Shown piece after piece: positions 1 through 13,902 of a stretch of 64,000 bases of DNA. The stretch's first letter is position 1. Every line of letters begins with the position of its first letter. This DNA comes from Eledone cirrhosa (lineage: Eukaryota). Both the position numbers and the translations under genes were made by a program. The stretch lies in assembly GCA_964016885.1 (NCBI GenBank), contig OZ024760.1, forward strand, positions 7,378,001 through 7,442,000, read 5' to 3'. Below the pieces are notes generated by a model. It did not search any database, was not told the DNA's origin, and saw only the letters and a list, made by a program, of their open reading frames with translations.

Positions 1-31
<31 letters not shown>

Positions 32-855
32 AAAATAAAATAAAATAAACATATATATATATGTGTGTGTGTAAATAAATACATACATACATACATACAT
101 ACATACATACATACATGCGTTTTAGCTAAGCAGTTTATGTTTGATAATAATTAAAGAATATATATATATAGTTAGATAGATATTAAAAAAAATATTAACT
201 AACACAACAACAAGAAGAAAACAAATGTAGCGTTCGTTTCGTGTAGAATTCCTATAATTACACGATCTCAGTTTTATATACAACTCTCGCACCTGTCATC
301 GAGCGACACGTAGTTTGTTATTCTCAATAACTGTTGTGTGGGGAAAGCAATGTTTCCTCTCTTTATATGTCAACGTTTCAAAAACTTTTCTAGGAACCCT
401 TACTCTAAATTTAGCCGATAGAAAGAAGTTTTCTTAAAAAAAAAATAGACGAGACGAGAGAAATTTGTAGAAAGGAAAGTTCGTTTGGGGATTATATTTA
501 CATCTGTTAAAAGGAACACAGAGAGACGTTCATACACGAGTGTGTATGTATGAGTAACATATGCCTACTTCAATAGATATTAAATATAAATATCTATTAT
601 CTAATGAGATGACAGCTACCGGTTAAATCCTCGCTCGCTCTCTCTCTCTTTTTATTTCCCATCTACATTTTTTCAGTCTTTTTATCCTCCGTCCTTATGT
701 ATAATTAACACTTCTGTCTTTCTTATATTACCTTAAACTTTTTGTTTGTTTATATCGTTACCAATCACGCACACACACACACTACCTCACATCAAAATCC
801 ATCTATGCCACCAGATATAGCAACTTCCACAAAACAACATACTTTTCGTTAAACT

Positions 856-978
856 ATGGCGTCTGCCTTACTGGCCAGGACAGATTTCCCCATCTACACG
901 GTTCGTGCATTGGACGAAAATCACTTTTTGGTGGCAGGAGGTGGTGGATCATCGAAAACCGGAGTTCCCAATGCTTTT
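856..978 (+). CDS. PREB: PREB/SEC12 (Sar1 guanine-nucleotide exchange factor) exon 1
   Basis: ATG..MASALLARTDFPIYTVRALDENHFLVAGGGGSSKTGVPNAF. FP-Y and GGGGxxKTGxxN K-loop are typical of Sec12/PREB. Donor GTGAGT at 979, phase 0. Confidence 0.93.
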
Positions 979-1265
979 GTGAGTTTGTTTATTTATTCAA
1001 TATATTTTACACAGTGTATGTATTGTCGAATGTTGTGCCACCATTACTTCTATCTTGTTTCCCTCTCCGTAATTTCATTTGGGTAGAAACCCATAGTTAT
1101 CACTGGTTAGACACAAACACCACACACACACACACACAAAAAAAGGCATCTAGAGTTTCCGTCGTGAACTTCATCTATAGCTTTCCTATATATCTTATTT
1201 CATCTTATTTCATCTTCAATGAAGGACCGCACCCTAAACGACACTACTCGCATCTCGCGGCCACA

Positions 1266-1463
1266 ATTAGTTGAAAGGTTCATAGACTGACCAAGATACT
1301 TTCATGAAATGACCAAATGAGGTTTATTCTTCAACAGCCCCTGGAAAGAAACGATGCAGATATTATTAATAAGAAGAGTTGAAATTAAGGCATGCAAGAT
1401 TTCACAACTCTAGCATCACTCTTTTTCTGGTCATTCTGTGAACTTCTCAGCCCACCCTCGCAT
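1266..1463. mobile_element. Tc1/mariner-like MITE remnant
   Basis: Ends gttgaaaggttcatag / ctgtgaacttctcagcccaccctcgcata resemble mariner TIR (TACGAGGG..CTGAAAAGTT). A related end lies at 43057..43150. Confidence 0.5.
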
Positions 1464-1989
1464 ATATATATAGAAATAGCAGCCAAATCTTCATCAAATT
1501 ATACACCTACCGAAAGGACACATTGTATAATGCAGTCGTAAATGTCAGAGGAGCGGGGTGACAGGATGGTTATGGTTGGAAAATCTTTGATCTAGGTCTG
1601 CTTAATCATGATAAACCTAGGACTAACCACCAGCAATATAATCACACATATACACAGAGAATCACGTAGGATAGTCCATCTATCTGTCTGTTATTTAAAT
1701 ATACTATTTATCAATGTATCTGTCTTTCTATCAATATATCTATATATGTGCGTGTGTATTTTAAATAATGCAAAATGTGACGATTCTCTACTGGTAACTC
1801 CCACCTGCTAGAAACAGTAACCAAATCTACAGTACCTGACTGTCTAAGAGAGACAGACAGAGAGAGATTGAATAATGTAGAGTGACCATATAGAGGTTCG
1901 TTTACCATCGAATGCGAATCAGTTCTACACTGTTAAATGAAGCCATTTGAATTTTCTCATTAGCAATGTCTTTATCGCTTAGGAGGGTT

Positions 1990-3710
1990 AAACTATGTTG
2001 TCGATACACCCCGGGTAGGTATTATAAGATAGACTGGTTAAAGTCTATTATTTACACCCCGGGGTAGGTTTTTATGTTGTTCATACTGCGGGTAGATTTT
2101 TGTTATTAGATAGACTGGCTAAGATATGTTGTTGACACACCCCGGGTAGATTTTTGTTGTACAATAGACTAGTTGGAATATATTGTTGACACACTACGGG
2201 GTAGTTTTCGTTATGCTATAGATTGATTAAAAATCTATTGTTGACACCTCGAGTAGATATTACCCGGGGTAGGTTTGTGTTGTTGATAGACTGGTTAAAA
2301 CCTGTTGTTCTAACCCCGAGCAGGTTTTTTTTATGTTGTTAATACCCGGGGTAGGCTTATGTTATAAGATAGATTGGTTAAAATCTATTGATGACACCTC
2401 GAGTAGATATTACCCGGGGTAGGTTTGTGTTGTTGATAGACTGGTTAAAACCTGTTGTTCTAACCCCGAGCAGGTTTTTTTATGTTGTTGATACCCGGGG
2501 TAGGCTTATGTTATAAGATAGATTGGTTAAAATCTATTGATGACACCTCGAGTAGATATTACCCGGGGTAGGTTTGTGTTGTTGATAGACTGGTTAAAAC
2601 CTGTTGTTCTAACCCCGAGCAGGTTTTTTTATGTTGTTAATACCCGGGGTAGGCTTATGTTATAAGATAGATTGGTTAAAATCTATTGATGACACCTCGA
2701 GTAGATATTACCCGGGGTAGGTTTGTGTTGTTGATAGACTGGTTAAAACCTGTTGTTCTAACCCCGAGCAGGTTTTTTTATGTTGTTGATACCCGGGGTA
2801 GGCTTATGTTATAAGATAGATTGGTTAAAATCTATTGATGACACCTCGAGTAGATATTACCCGGGGTAGGTTTGTGTTGTTGATAGACTGGTTAAAACCT
2901 GTTGTTCTAACCCCGAGCAGGTTTTTTTATGTTGTTGATACCCGGGGTAGGCTTATGTTATAAGATAGATTGGTTAAAATCTATTGATGACACCTCGAGT
3001 AGATATTACCCGGGGTAGGTTTGTGTTGTTGATAGACTGGTTAAAACCTGTTGTTCTAACCCCGAGCAGGTTTTTTTATGTTGTTGATACCCGGGGTAGG
3101 CTTATGTTATAAGATAGATTGGTTAAAATCTATTGATGACACCTCGAGTAGATATTACCCGGGGTAGGTTTGTGTTGTTGATAGACTGGTTAAAACCTGT
3201 TGTTCTAACCCCGAGCAGGTTTTTTTATGTTGTTGATACCCGGGGTAGGCTTATGTTATAAGATAGATTGGTTAAAATCTATTGATGACACCTCGGGCAG
3301 ATATTTTTTTTAAATATTAGAGAGGTTTCCCTGTGCCCCTCGTGATACTGTTATCTTTTGCTCTGGTAGCGATTTGTTTGCCTACTCCCTTCGCCTCCCC
3401 ATTGTTGTAGATGTATGTTTTTACCTGCTTTGTATATAATTTATGTGTTTGTATAACCATTATATAATTATATTTTTTTTATACAACTGTGAATAAAAGA
3501 TTTTACACACAGAGACTGATTAAAATATGATGTTGACACCTCGGGTAGATTTTTGTTGTTGATACACACCGGGTAGCTTTTTATTATAAGATAGACTGGT
3601 TAAAATATGTTGTTGACTCATCTAGTAGTGTTTTTTGTGTTATTGACATACCCCGGGTATGTTTTTATGGTGTTGATACCCGTAGTAGGTTTGTGATTTG
3701 GGATAGACTA
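1990..3710. repeat. 149-bp higher-order minisatellite with degenerate flanks (PREB intron 1)
   Basis: gatagattggttaaaatc recurs at 2368, 2517, 2666, 2815... About 7 near-perfect copies built from shorter cccggggtag/gatagactggtt subunits. Confidence 0.9.
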
Positions 3711-4316
3711 GTGTAGGCGTTGTCGAAGTTAACTTGCTAGAGATGTCATTCAAGCGAATACAAAAATATCGTCGATATAAATATATCTGCTAATCTCTCT
3801 CTTTCTCTCTCTCATGAAGAATAAAATCCGAAGAGGACTCGATAAGGATTATATTTATAAAAAATGTATATATATATACAAAACTGGTAGAGCAAATATT
3901 TATTATTTGTACAGGTATGGGTGTGTATATAGGTGTAATTATAGATTTATGTGTATGTAGGTATCATAGGTGTGTGTAGGTATCATAGATGTGTGTGTGT
4001 ATGTAGGTATAAATTATAGATGCGTGTGTGTATGTAGGTATAATTATTAGATGTGTATGTGTGTGTATGTAGGTATAATTATTAGATGTGTGTTTTGTGT
4101 TTATGTGTCAGCATCATTTTATGTCTGCTTTTGATCCTGGCATGGGTTAGAGGATTTCCCCAAGACCCTATTTCCCTCCTAGATTTCCATATTGGGCATG
4201 GTTTCTACTGCTGGATGCCCTTCTTAACACTAACCACCTTACAGAGTGTACTGGGTGCATTTTATCATGATCATGATACCAGCACAAAGGTTGTTATCAT
4301 ATGCTTGGTCAGATAT

Positions 4317-4371
<55 letters not shown>

Positions 4372-4860
4372 ATAGTTCAAGAAAAGACAAGACAAACACA
4401 GAGATACAAAAACACTAAGTCTTAGAAGGATCATATATATATATCTATATATATATATCTATCTATATATATATATCTATCTATATATATATATATATAT
4501 ATATATGATCCCTCTAAGATATATATATATAGGGAATGAAACGTCCAGTTGCTGTAGGTTCACCAGAGGGAGCACTGGATGTGTAGTTTCCAGTCGGTAT
4601 AGAGATGTAATTATGATAATTGTTTCTACTTTTGGCACAAGGCCAGCAATTAACCAGTACATTACTGGTACTTTATTTTATCGACCCCGTAAGGATGAAA
4701 GGCAAAGTTAATAAAAAGGACGATTTGTTGTCTTCATTATATTTATTTAGTGACACGCATTTCGCTATTGATGAGCTCAAGGTTCAATCTATTATTATTA
4801 TGTGAGTGTGTTCTGTTTTTAATTCTGGCCATATTATTACACAAATATGACCCTCCCCAA

Positions 4861-4892
<32 letters not shown>

Positions 4893-5532
4893 GAGGGAGA
4901 TAGAGAATTTGGGGAGGGTCATATTGTTATAATATTGCCAGAAATATAGAATAAAACACACCCACTGTATAGTTTGGATTGGTTTTTGCTTCTGTACATT
5001 TGATATCCCTATAATTAAGTCAGCTGGTAATCAATGTTTATCATTGATTGATCATCAGTTAAAGTGAGTGTGTTCTGTTATTATTTCTGGTAATATTATT
5101 ACAATATTATGACCCTCCCCAAGTATAAAAAAATTTAGATATAAGTGAAAATGTGGTAGTGCTGGTATACTCAGTACACTCTGTAAAGTAGTTGTGCTGG
5201 TGCTACAATAAAATACACCAGTCCACTCTGTAAAGTGGTTGTGTTGGTACTGCAAAAAAGTGCACCCAGTCCACTCTGTAAAATGGTAGTGTTGGAACTG
5301 CAATAAAATGCATCCAATCCACTGTATAAAGTGGTTGATGTTAGGAAGGGCATCCATTGCCAGGTTTTAGAAAGTGTCCATGGAATGACATGTCTGTCTG
5401 GTATGCCTACAACTCCACCATGACTTACAGGTCCATACATTTACTGTCCAAGAGATTTATGGTGTGACTTGTTCAAGCCAGCCAGTGTAAAGTATTAAAA
5501 TATTTCCTTTCTACTCTTTATCTATTGTCCAG

Positions 5533-5734
5533 GAGATTTATAGTGTGAAATGGGTGGATGGCCACCTCCAGGCAACCAGTTTGTCCTACCATGATGCTGG
5601 TACTCAGGCTGTGATGAACAGTGCCACATATTCAGATGGCAGGAACCATAGATTGGCTGTGGGACTCGATGATGACTGTCAAGTGTTTTCTATTAAGTAC
5701 AAGGTTGTGGCAGCTAAAGAAGATACAAAAAAAG
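5533..5734 (+). CDS. PREB: PREB exon 2
   Basis: ccag|GAG acceptor. EIYSVKWVDGHLQATSLSYHDAGTQAVMN...KEDTKK. Donor G|GTTCTC, phase 1, compatible with exon 3. Confidence 0.85.
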
Positions 5735-5824
5735 GTTCTCTTTGCATTTTTTCTCATCTTTTTTTTTCATTTAACCTTTAGCATGCTAGTAATATTTATG
5801 AATTGTTTCCCTTGACACATCTAT

Positions 5825-6050
5825 TAACCCTTTAGCATTTAAACCGGCCATATCCAGCCAGAATCCTCTCATCTCTTTCTGTTCAAACTGGCTGTAACCA
5901 GCCACTCATACTGACATTAAGGTATTGTTCTCAAAATAAATAACATCAAAATTTCATAGATTTGATATTATGTGAGATAGTTATGTAAGATAAAGCCTTT
6001 ACCACAAAAATGCAATAGTATATATAGAGTAATGTAAATGTTAAGGGGAG
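5825..6050. mobile_element. piggyBac-like MITE (TTAA-CCCT..AGGG-TTAA family)
   Basis: ttaaccctttagcatt terminus. Other copies at about 9600-9827, 10975-11177, 11789-12006, 21379-21606, 31704-31929 and 53670-54700. Confidence 0.7.
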
Positions 6051-6484
6051 ATTACTCATATGGTGCATTTTGTCGCCCGCATCGTGCTGTAGATTTAAAA
6101 AAAAATAGTGTAGTTAATACGAAGCATTGTGAGATATGTAATAAATGACTGACAAATATATTAGAAAGCGGGTACAATGCTGTGGAAATGTATAAAGGGC
6201 AAGAGATAACAAAAGTAATGTTTACCCAGTATGATATTTCAGACATTGTTTTATTAAAATGCTACATCAATGTTAATTAGACATTAAATCTTAAAAATAT
6301 AAGATGTTGGGATATATATATATAGGTACATATATGTTATGTAACTCTGTATCTACCCACCTATCTACCTTACCTTACATATCTGCTTACCTCCCAATCT
6401 ACTCTGCTAACCTACCTCACAATCTACCCAACTATTTATCCCTGTGGTAATTTAACTGTAAACTCCATTGTTCTATTTGTTCAG

Positions 6485-6714
6485 ATTCCTCCAAAAATGA
6501 TGTCAAACATCGAAAAAGTAAGCAAGCTGACACAACGAAGGAAGAAAAGGTCAAGAATGGACCACAAAAAATGGTCAACTTTGACATAGAAAAGCTGTGT
6601 GAATTCCAGAATTCTGCCAAGGCTTCTGATCACTTCCAGAAGGTGGTTCGGTTTAGTCCTGATGGAAATCTGCTTTATACAGGTTCAGACAACGGCATCC
6701 TGAGATGTTGGATG
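6485..6714 (+). CDS. PREB: PREB exon 3
   Basis: tcag|AT acceptor. ...FQKVVRFSPDGNLLYTGSDNGILRCWM (WD40 repeat). Donor GTAATG, phase 0. Confidence 0.9.
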
Positions 6715-6749
6715 GTAATGATAATCTTACAAACTATATTTTATTCTTA

Positions 6750-7050
6750 CACTGTGTGTATCTGGTTTACAATAGGTACACTGTATCCCTGTGTGTGTCT
6801 GGTTTACAATAGGTACACTGTATCCCTGTGTGTATCTGGTTTACAATAGGTACACTGTATTCCTGTGTGTATCTGGTTTACAATAGGTACACTGTATCCT
6901 TGTGTGTATCTGGTTTACAATAGGTACACTGTATCCCTGTGTGTATCTGGTTTACAATAGGTACACTGTATCCCTGTGTGTGTCTGGTTTACAATAGGTA
7001 CACTGTATCCCTGTGTGTGTCTGGTTTACAATAGGTACACTGTATCCATG
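6750..7050. repeat. 37-bp minisatellite, about 8 copies
   Basis: tgtgtgtatctggtttacaataggtacactgtatccc in tandem. Confidence 0.92.
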
Positions 7051-7715
7051 TGTATTTCAAGATGCAACTAAAATGGTTGATAACAAGAAAGAACTCTGAC
7101 CATTAAAACATGCCTCAAAAAGGATCAGATCCTATGAAGTGTATGAAGCCTGACATAGGGGCCTACAAGCTTAAGGCTCACACATGCTTTAGCAAGGAAT
7201 ATGGCCTTAAATTGGCTTTATTATATTGTATGTGTGAGATAGAGATAGATAGATGTGCCTATGTGTGTATATATCTGTGTGTGTGTGTTTATATATATGT
7301 ATTTGTGTATATATGTGTGTGTGTGTATGTATATGTGTGTATATATATATATGTGTGTGTATGTTGGACCTTCGTCGGCTGCTGTGACGAGTGTTCCAGT
7401 TGATACGCTCAACAAAACAAGCTGTTCATGAAAAATTAATGTGCAAGTATCTAAGCATTGCCTAGGCACATACAACGTTAACATAGATCTCAGGGAGATT
7501 CAGCATGACACAGTGTGTGTGTATGGCAAGGCTGGCCTTTTGAATTACGTTGATGACTGAGTTACCTGGATCAACATGAAATGTAGTGTCTTGCTCACAA
7601 GCCCAACCCCGATCCCCATCTCCCAGGAATTGAACTCACAACCTTACAATCATTAGCCAAACACCCTAACCACTTAGCCACATGCCTACTTAAGTGTATA
7701 TGTTTGTTGTTACAG

Positions 7716-7799
7716 TATCAGGAATCCAGAAAGATTTTTGAGGTGAACGCCCATTCTTCAGATATAGATGACTTGGCTGTTAGTCCTTTAGGGAAGTGG
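7716..7799 (+). CDS. PREB: PREB exon 4
   Basis: acag|TAT acceptor. YQESRKIFEVNAHSSDIDDLAVSPLGKW (AH..EIEDL-like WD40). Donor GTAAGT. Confidence 0.9.
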
Positions 7800-7889
7800 G
7801 TAAGTGCTCATTGTATAACATCTTCACATACACACACACACACTCCCTCCTTCGCTTATTCACGTTTACTGGTGCTCCAACATAGCGAT

Positions 7890-8150
7890 CATCATCATCA
7901 TAATTTTATGTCCATTTTTCCCTGCTTGCAAGGGTGGGACGGGTCCTATTCAGCACAGCATCTCTCCATTTGTCACGGTCCTTCGTCATCTCCTCCGTGA
8001 CCTTCAGCAATCTGAGGTCAGCTCTCACCACCTCCACCCATGATTTTCATGGTCTTCCTCTCCTGCGTCTTCCTTCTACTGGGATTTCTTGGCACTTCTT
8101 TACCCAGCAGTCATCCTCCATGCACATCACATGTCCATGCTAATGCAGCG
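7890..8150 (-). mobile_element. RTE-type LINE 3' fragment
   Basis: Minus translation HGHVMCMEDDCWVKKCQEIPVEGRRRRGRP*KSWVEVVRADL, followed by a tail shared with local SINEs and (GAT)n. Confidence 0.7.
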
Positions 8151-8394
8151 ATATACATATTATATATTTGATAATATATAGGTTGTTTATGAAAAACATT
8201 TGAAGACCTTTCACTATGAATTTTAAGGTTGTGACAATCATCATATACCTAGCTTCAGCTCGTTTTGCTGAAGCTAGGTATATGATGATTGTCACAACCT
8301 TAAAATTCATAGCAAACGGCCCTCAAATATTTTTCATAAATAACCCATATATTATTAAATATACAATACGTACATTTATATTTATATATATATA

Positions 8395-8760
8395 CTAGCA
8401 AAAGAGCCCGTCTTTGCTGGGCACACCTTAATAAGTAAGATAAAGTGGATAACTAAATTAAGGTAGAAGAAAAGCTGCAAGTATTCAATATTATACACCC
8501 CGTCTGCATTTTTCTACTAACATTGCTACCATGTCTGTCTTCCTCCACCTTCGCCACTGTCAATAAAAAACCCTCACTCCTCAACATGGCTGTCTTTAAA
8601 TAAAACCAGAACTCTGCTATTTTAGGGGAGAGCAATATTTAAACTATATGTTGATATGCTCTGGGAGCTAAATAACCTATGTATCAAATTTGAACAAAAT
8701 CGGATGGAAACTGGAAATACATCGCCTGCATACAGACAGACAGACATTTTCGTTTTTATA
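8395..8760. mobile_element. non-autonomous Helitron-like element
   Basis: Starts actagc..cccgtctttgctggg (CTAG plus short hairpin) and ends (CAGA)n..ttttatatat. Similar organisation at 33440-33800. Confidence 0.45.
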
Positions 8761-8776
8761 TATATATATATATATA

Positions 8777-9050
8777 TCAACATACGTTAACCTTGGTCTT
8801 CCTCTTCTAGTGTATCCATGTAGGGGCTCCCAAAGGAGCACTGAGTGCAATGTCAACTCTGGATGTCGGTGAGCATGTCCAGCTAACCTCAGTCTCCTCT
8901 GTATCACTTTTGAGCTGACTTTTGGGATGCTCCCATACAGCTCTGAGTTTTTCATCCTCAGTGTATACTGATTAATGTTCAGAGCCATCCTCAGCATTCT
9001 CGTGTAGCACCCATCCACCATCTGAGTGAGTTTCTTGGTTAACGTATGTT
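8777..9050 (-). mobile_element. RTE/RTE-X LINE C-terminal fragment
   Basis: TLTKKLTQMVDGCYTRMLRMALNI...IQRRLRLAGHAHRHPE...LLWEPLHGYTRRGRPRLTYVD. Confidence 0.8.
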
Positions 9051-9165
9051 GATGCCCTAAGGACAGACACTGGTCTGTTGGAGACGCAGGACATGGCAGC
9101 GATAATGAGGGACAGAGACCGCTGGAGAGAACTCGTCCATGGATCTCGGGAATTTTACCCGCCTT

Positions 9166-9220
<55 letters not shown>

Positions 9221-9953
9221 CATTCACACATATATAATATATAATATATATATATATATATTTGAATGGACCTGTTACTTTTATCTAAAGACATATTTTC
9301 CAACCCCTGTGTCTACCAAATCTTTTACCATTACTCAATAGACTCAATAAGATTACTACCACCACCACCACCATAGTGGAGATCTTGATGATAGAGTGAT
9401 GGTGGTGGTGACATTTTGCATTTCAACCCTAAATCACCTTTCTATATTCAACCCCTTAATCACCTATTTTAAGTCCCTAAATCACCTTGTTCTTTTCAAC
9501 ACCTAAATCACCTTTCTATTTTAAGTCCCTAAATCACTTTGGTATTTTCGACCCCTAAATCACCTTGGTATTTTAAACCTCTAAATCACCTTGGTATTTT
9601 AACCCTTTACTATTTACATTACCCTATATTTGCTATTGTATTTTTGTGGTAAAGGTTTTATCTTACCTAATCATCGCTCATAATATCAAAGCTACGAGAT
9701 TTTTATATTATTTATTTTGAAAACAATACCTTCAGATCAGTATGAGTGGCCGGTTATGGCTGGTTTGAACAGAAAGAGGTGAGAGAATTCTGGCCGGATA
9801 CAGCCAGTTTAAATGCTAAAGGGTTAAGTCCCCAGATATTCTTATTTTCAAACCACTGTCTTTTCAACCATGAAATTATGATAAATCAAGCAGCTATAAA
9901 CCTTATAAAAATATTTAATCTTTTATTTGGAAAATATTTTCTGTTTTGTTCAG

Positions 9954-10072
9954 GTTGTGACAGTCTCAAAAGATAATTTAGGAATTGTATGGAATGCAAA
10001 GAATGGTAAAAAGCACACCAGTTTAGTGTGGCCCACCAAAAGCAAAGATCAATATCGGTTTCGATGTTGTCA
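9954..10072 (+). CDS. PREB: PREB exon 5
   Basis: tcag|GTT acceptor. VVTVSKDNLGIVWNAKNGKKHTSLVWPTKSKDQYRFRCC. Donor CA|GTAAGT, phase 2. Confidence 0.88.
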
Positions 10073-10126
10073 GTAAGTATAACAGAGTATATCTTGTTTA
10101 GTCTCATGCTAGTCATCTTTTGGTTG

Positions 10127-10162
<36 letters not shown>

Positions 10163-10189
10163 AGCGTGTGTATGTGATTATATATATCA

Positions 10190-10520
10190 TCATCACCATT
10201 TTACGTCCACTATTCCCTGCTTGCAAGGGTGGGGCGGGAACTGATTCTGGCTTGATTTCTACAGCTGGATGCCCTTCCTAACACCAACCTCATTTACAGT
10301 GAGTGCTGGGTGCTTTTTTTGCCGTGGCACCTCCATGACCACTTTGTAGTGGAATGATATGGAGCGCAGTCCCTATCATCTAATTTCTACAGCTGAGTAA
10401 ACTGGAGCAATGTGAAATAAAGTGTCTTGCTCAAGGAAACAACACATCACCCGGTCTGAGAATTGAACTCACATCCTTTCGATTGCAAGGCCAATGCTCT
10501 AACCACTAAGCCATGTGCCT
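10190..10520 (-). mobile_element. tRNA-derived SINE
   Basis: Reverse complement has an A/B-box tRNA-like head (ggcacatggcttagtggttagagc..gagttcaattc) and a (GAT)n tail. Nearly identical to 36327..36660 and 51200..51520. Confidence 0.85.
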
Positions 10521-11788
10521 ATATATATATATATATATATATTAATGGCTTCTACAGGACTAGAACTGTTTCATCGTAAGAAATCATCAGGAAACAGTTC
10601 TAGTCCTGTCAAAGCCATTTCTATATTAAATTTTGTATATACTCTACTAATGTATTGTACCCGGGTCTCACATATATATAAATAACTGGTAGGTTTCAGA
10701 AAGCCACTACAATACAGTAGAAATATACAAAGGGCAAAAGATGACAAATAAAACAAAATATTGTAATGTTTTCAACATATCGGGGTTAATACCCTCTTTT
10801 CAAATGTGAAATGAAAACGGTTTAAAACAAAGATGAACGATCATGTATGTATGTATGTGTGTGCATCTGTGTATGTATGCTGGTGCCATGATAAAAGAGG
10901 TATGTATATACATACAGGCACCAACACTTAGACACGCACACACACTTAGACTCACAAACATACATATGCATTATCTTTTAGCATTTCCATTACTCTATAT
11001 TTACTATTGTATTTTCATGGTAAAGGCTTTACCTTACATAATATCGAATCCAAGAGATTATTTATTTAGAGAACAATACCTTAACATAAGTATGAGCAGC
11101 TGGTTACAGCCAGTTTGAACAGAAAGCGGTGAGATAATTCTGGCTGGATACAGCTGGTTTAAATGCTAAAAGGTTAATCTACCAGCTACATCCATCATGG
11201 GACTTACAACTGCTCAGCTATTTGTATTCAGTAAATTTTAGAAATGTTTTTTTTTTCATTCTTTATTAGATTTAGTTGTATCCATTCAGTATCAGTAAAA
11301 TCAGAGTTCAATTCCCAGACAGGGTAATACATTATGTCCTTGAGCAGGACACTTTATTTCACGTTGTTCCTTCTGCCAAGTGTCATGATTGGTAGATAGT
11401 GTCAGCAATTGGAAATACCAATGGAAACATTGTTTCCTTGGTCCAATTTGAAGAGTTTGACAAGAAGTATAAAGAATATAAAATAAGGGGGAAAACCCCA
11501 ATAAAAGAAGAAAGCAAAAAATTAGAAGCAAAGAAAGAATCTACCGACTAGGGTTGATAAAATTATTTACTAGAAGTTTCTTGAAAGCAGTGCTCCAGCA
11601 TGGCTATGGTCTATTGATTGAAACTAGTAGAAGTGAAGTATATAGTGAAGGGGGGGTGGCTTAGTGGTTAGTCAATTGTGCAGTTGTGAGTTTGATTCCT
11701 GGATCAAGTGTTGCATTATGTGTTTGTCAGGAGTTGCACCTGGTAGATAGCATCAGCAATTAGAAATACTAATGGAAACATTGTTTCT

Positions 11789-12006
11789 TTAACCCTTTAA
11801 TGTTCAAACCGGCCAAAACCGGCCAGAATTCTTTACCTCTTTCTATTGAAACTGGCTGTAACTACTGGTCACTCAAACTGATATTAAGGAATTGTTCTCA
11901 AAATAAATACTTTCAAAATTTCATAGATTCGATATTATGTGAGTTAAAGCCTTTACCATGAAAATATAATAGTATATATAAAATAATGTGAATGCTAAAG
12001 GGTTAA
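11789..12006. mobile_element. piggyBac-like MITE
   Basis: ttaaccctttaatg ... aatgctaaagggttaa with TTAA at both ends. Confidence 0.75.
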
Positions 12007-12219
12007 CAAGTTCCATCACACTTGGTAAGAGAGTGAGATATGAGTACTTGTCTAGCGATATCTATTAACAATGCCAGGAGTTGCAACAAATAGATAGTAA
12101 CAGTAGTTGGAAATACCAATGGAACACTCGGTAAGAGAATGGGGTCTGGGATCTTGTCAATCAATTCCTTCTATTCTGTAAACTTTCTCTAAAAATGATA
12201 TTTTTCTTTCCTCCATTAG

Positions 12220-12390
12220 ATTCGGCTGTGTTGAGGGCAAAAAAGATAAATATAATCTGTACACATTGAATATACCAAGTCGGAGGGCTGTTAAACCGAT
12301 TCCTTGTTACATTGCCAAGTGGGATAGTACAGACTTCAAGGCCACAGTAAAAAAGACTGGGACTGAAGTGTTATCAGCCCTTTCAGTCAG
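12220..12390 (+). CDS. PREB: PREB exon 6
   Basis: ttag|A acceptor. (Q)FGCVEGKKDKYNLYTLNIP...CYIAKWDSTDFKATVKKTGTEVLSALSV. Donor AG|GTAAAT, phase 2. Confidence 0.88.
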
Positions 12391-13902
12391 GTAAATAATA
12401 GATTCTCTGGACCCCAGAGAGACCCTTTTTATTGGGAGACGGTTTTTATAGCGAGACGAATTTCATAGGGAGACGGATTTCATAGAGAGACAGTTTTCAT
12501 TGGCAAGAGGTTTTTATAGGGAGACCGTTTTATTGGGTATGGTTTTTATTTATTGATTTTTTTCATTGTTTTTATTTTTATTTTTTTAGTTTTTTATATA
12601 AACCTTGCAAAAAAAATAAAAGAGTTGAAAGGACCCTTCAGTTGTGTCAAGGGCTCAAGGGCACAACAACCTCTCTGATGTTGATGATCTGTCTCTGATT
12701 ATCATGGTTGAGAACACTATGATGGCTGAATCATTAAACCATTTATATAAATTATTAGGTCCATAGGTAAAAATACTGTGCTGGGCAGGGACGCAATTTC
12801 TCTGCTTGCCATAGGGGCTATTTTCCCTAGTTATACCCCTGCATGACAACCTTTCTTTCTTTCTTAAACACTCTGTAGTCTGCAGGAATATATGTAAGTT
12901 GTCCCTTAACTCTTGGGTAAGTCTTGGGCAATTTTTAAAACCTGGTGGAGCCCCTCTCCTCTCTAGGTCTGAATACAACAGGTTTCTTCCAGAGAAAGAA
13001 AGAGAGGAAGTGAGAAAGAGATATAGTGGAAGAATCGACTGCAGTACTTGACTGGTACCTTTTTTTTTTATTGACCTTGAATGAATGAAAGGTCAAGTTG
13101 ATCTTAGGTGGATTTGAGAGGTCAAGTTGATCTCGGGTGGATTTGAAAGGTCAACTACACCTTTCATCCCCCTCCCTACACACGTTCCAGCTCACCTGAC
13201 CCCCTCTCCATTTCATTTCTGGACTTGCAAATGTTTTATTGAATAATAGTTGTTTCTACTTTTGTCACAAGGCCAGCAATTACCTCAGTGCATTACTGGT
13301 ACTTTATTTTATCGACCCCCGTACGGATGAAAGGCAAAGTTAACCTCGGCGGGATTTGAATTTAATAATAATGGTTTCTGATTTAGGCACAAGGCCAACA
13401 ATTTTCGGGGGAGGGGAAAGTTGATTAAATTGACCCCAGTGCATTACTGGTACTTTATTTATTAATCCCTTGAGGATGAAAGACAAACCTTACCTTGGCA
13501 GGATTTGAAATCAGAACGTAAAGGGCCGTAACTCTATGCTGCAAAACATGGCGTATGATGCTCTACCGATTCTGCCAATCCACTGCCCTTTTGTTTAATA
13601 ATTGTTTCTACTTTTGGCACAAGGCCAGCAATTATTCCAGTGTATTACTGGTACTTTATTTTATCGACCCCCGTAAGGATGAAAGGCAAAGTTAACCTCG
13701 GCGGGATTTAATAATAATGTTATCTATTTTTGTGACAGCCCTCCCTCCCCCACCTCAAAATCACTGACCAATCCCAACTTTCCCTCCCCTCCTCCACTTA
13801 CCCTCTACCCCTCGCCTCCCTCTGACCATGGCCTGGCCTGATCTGGTCTGGACTGGACTAGACAAGCTGGTGTTTATTTATTATTCATGTTTTCTATTCC
13901 AG

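Noticed and set aside
12655-12978. 107-aa minus-strand ORF in PREB intron 6
   Set aside because: No recognisable motif or splice context. Possibly decayed TE sequence but unsupported.
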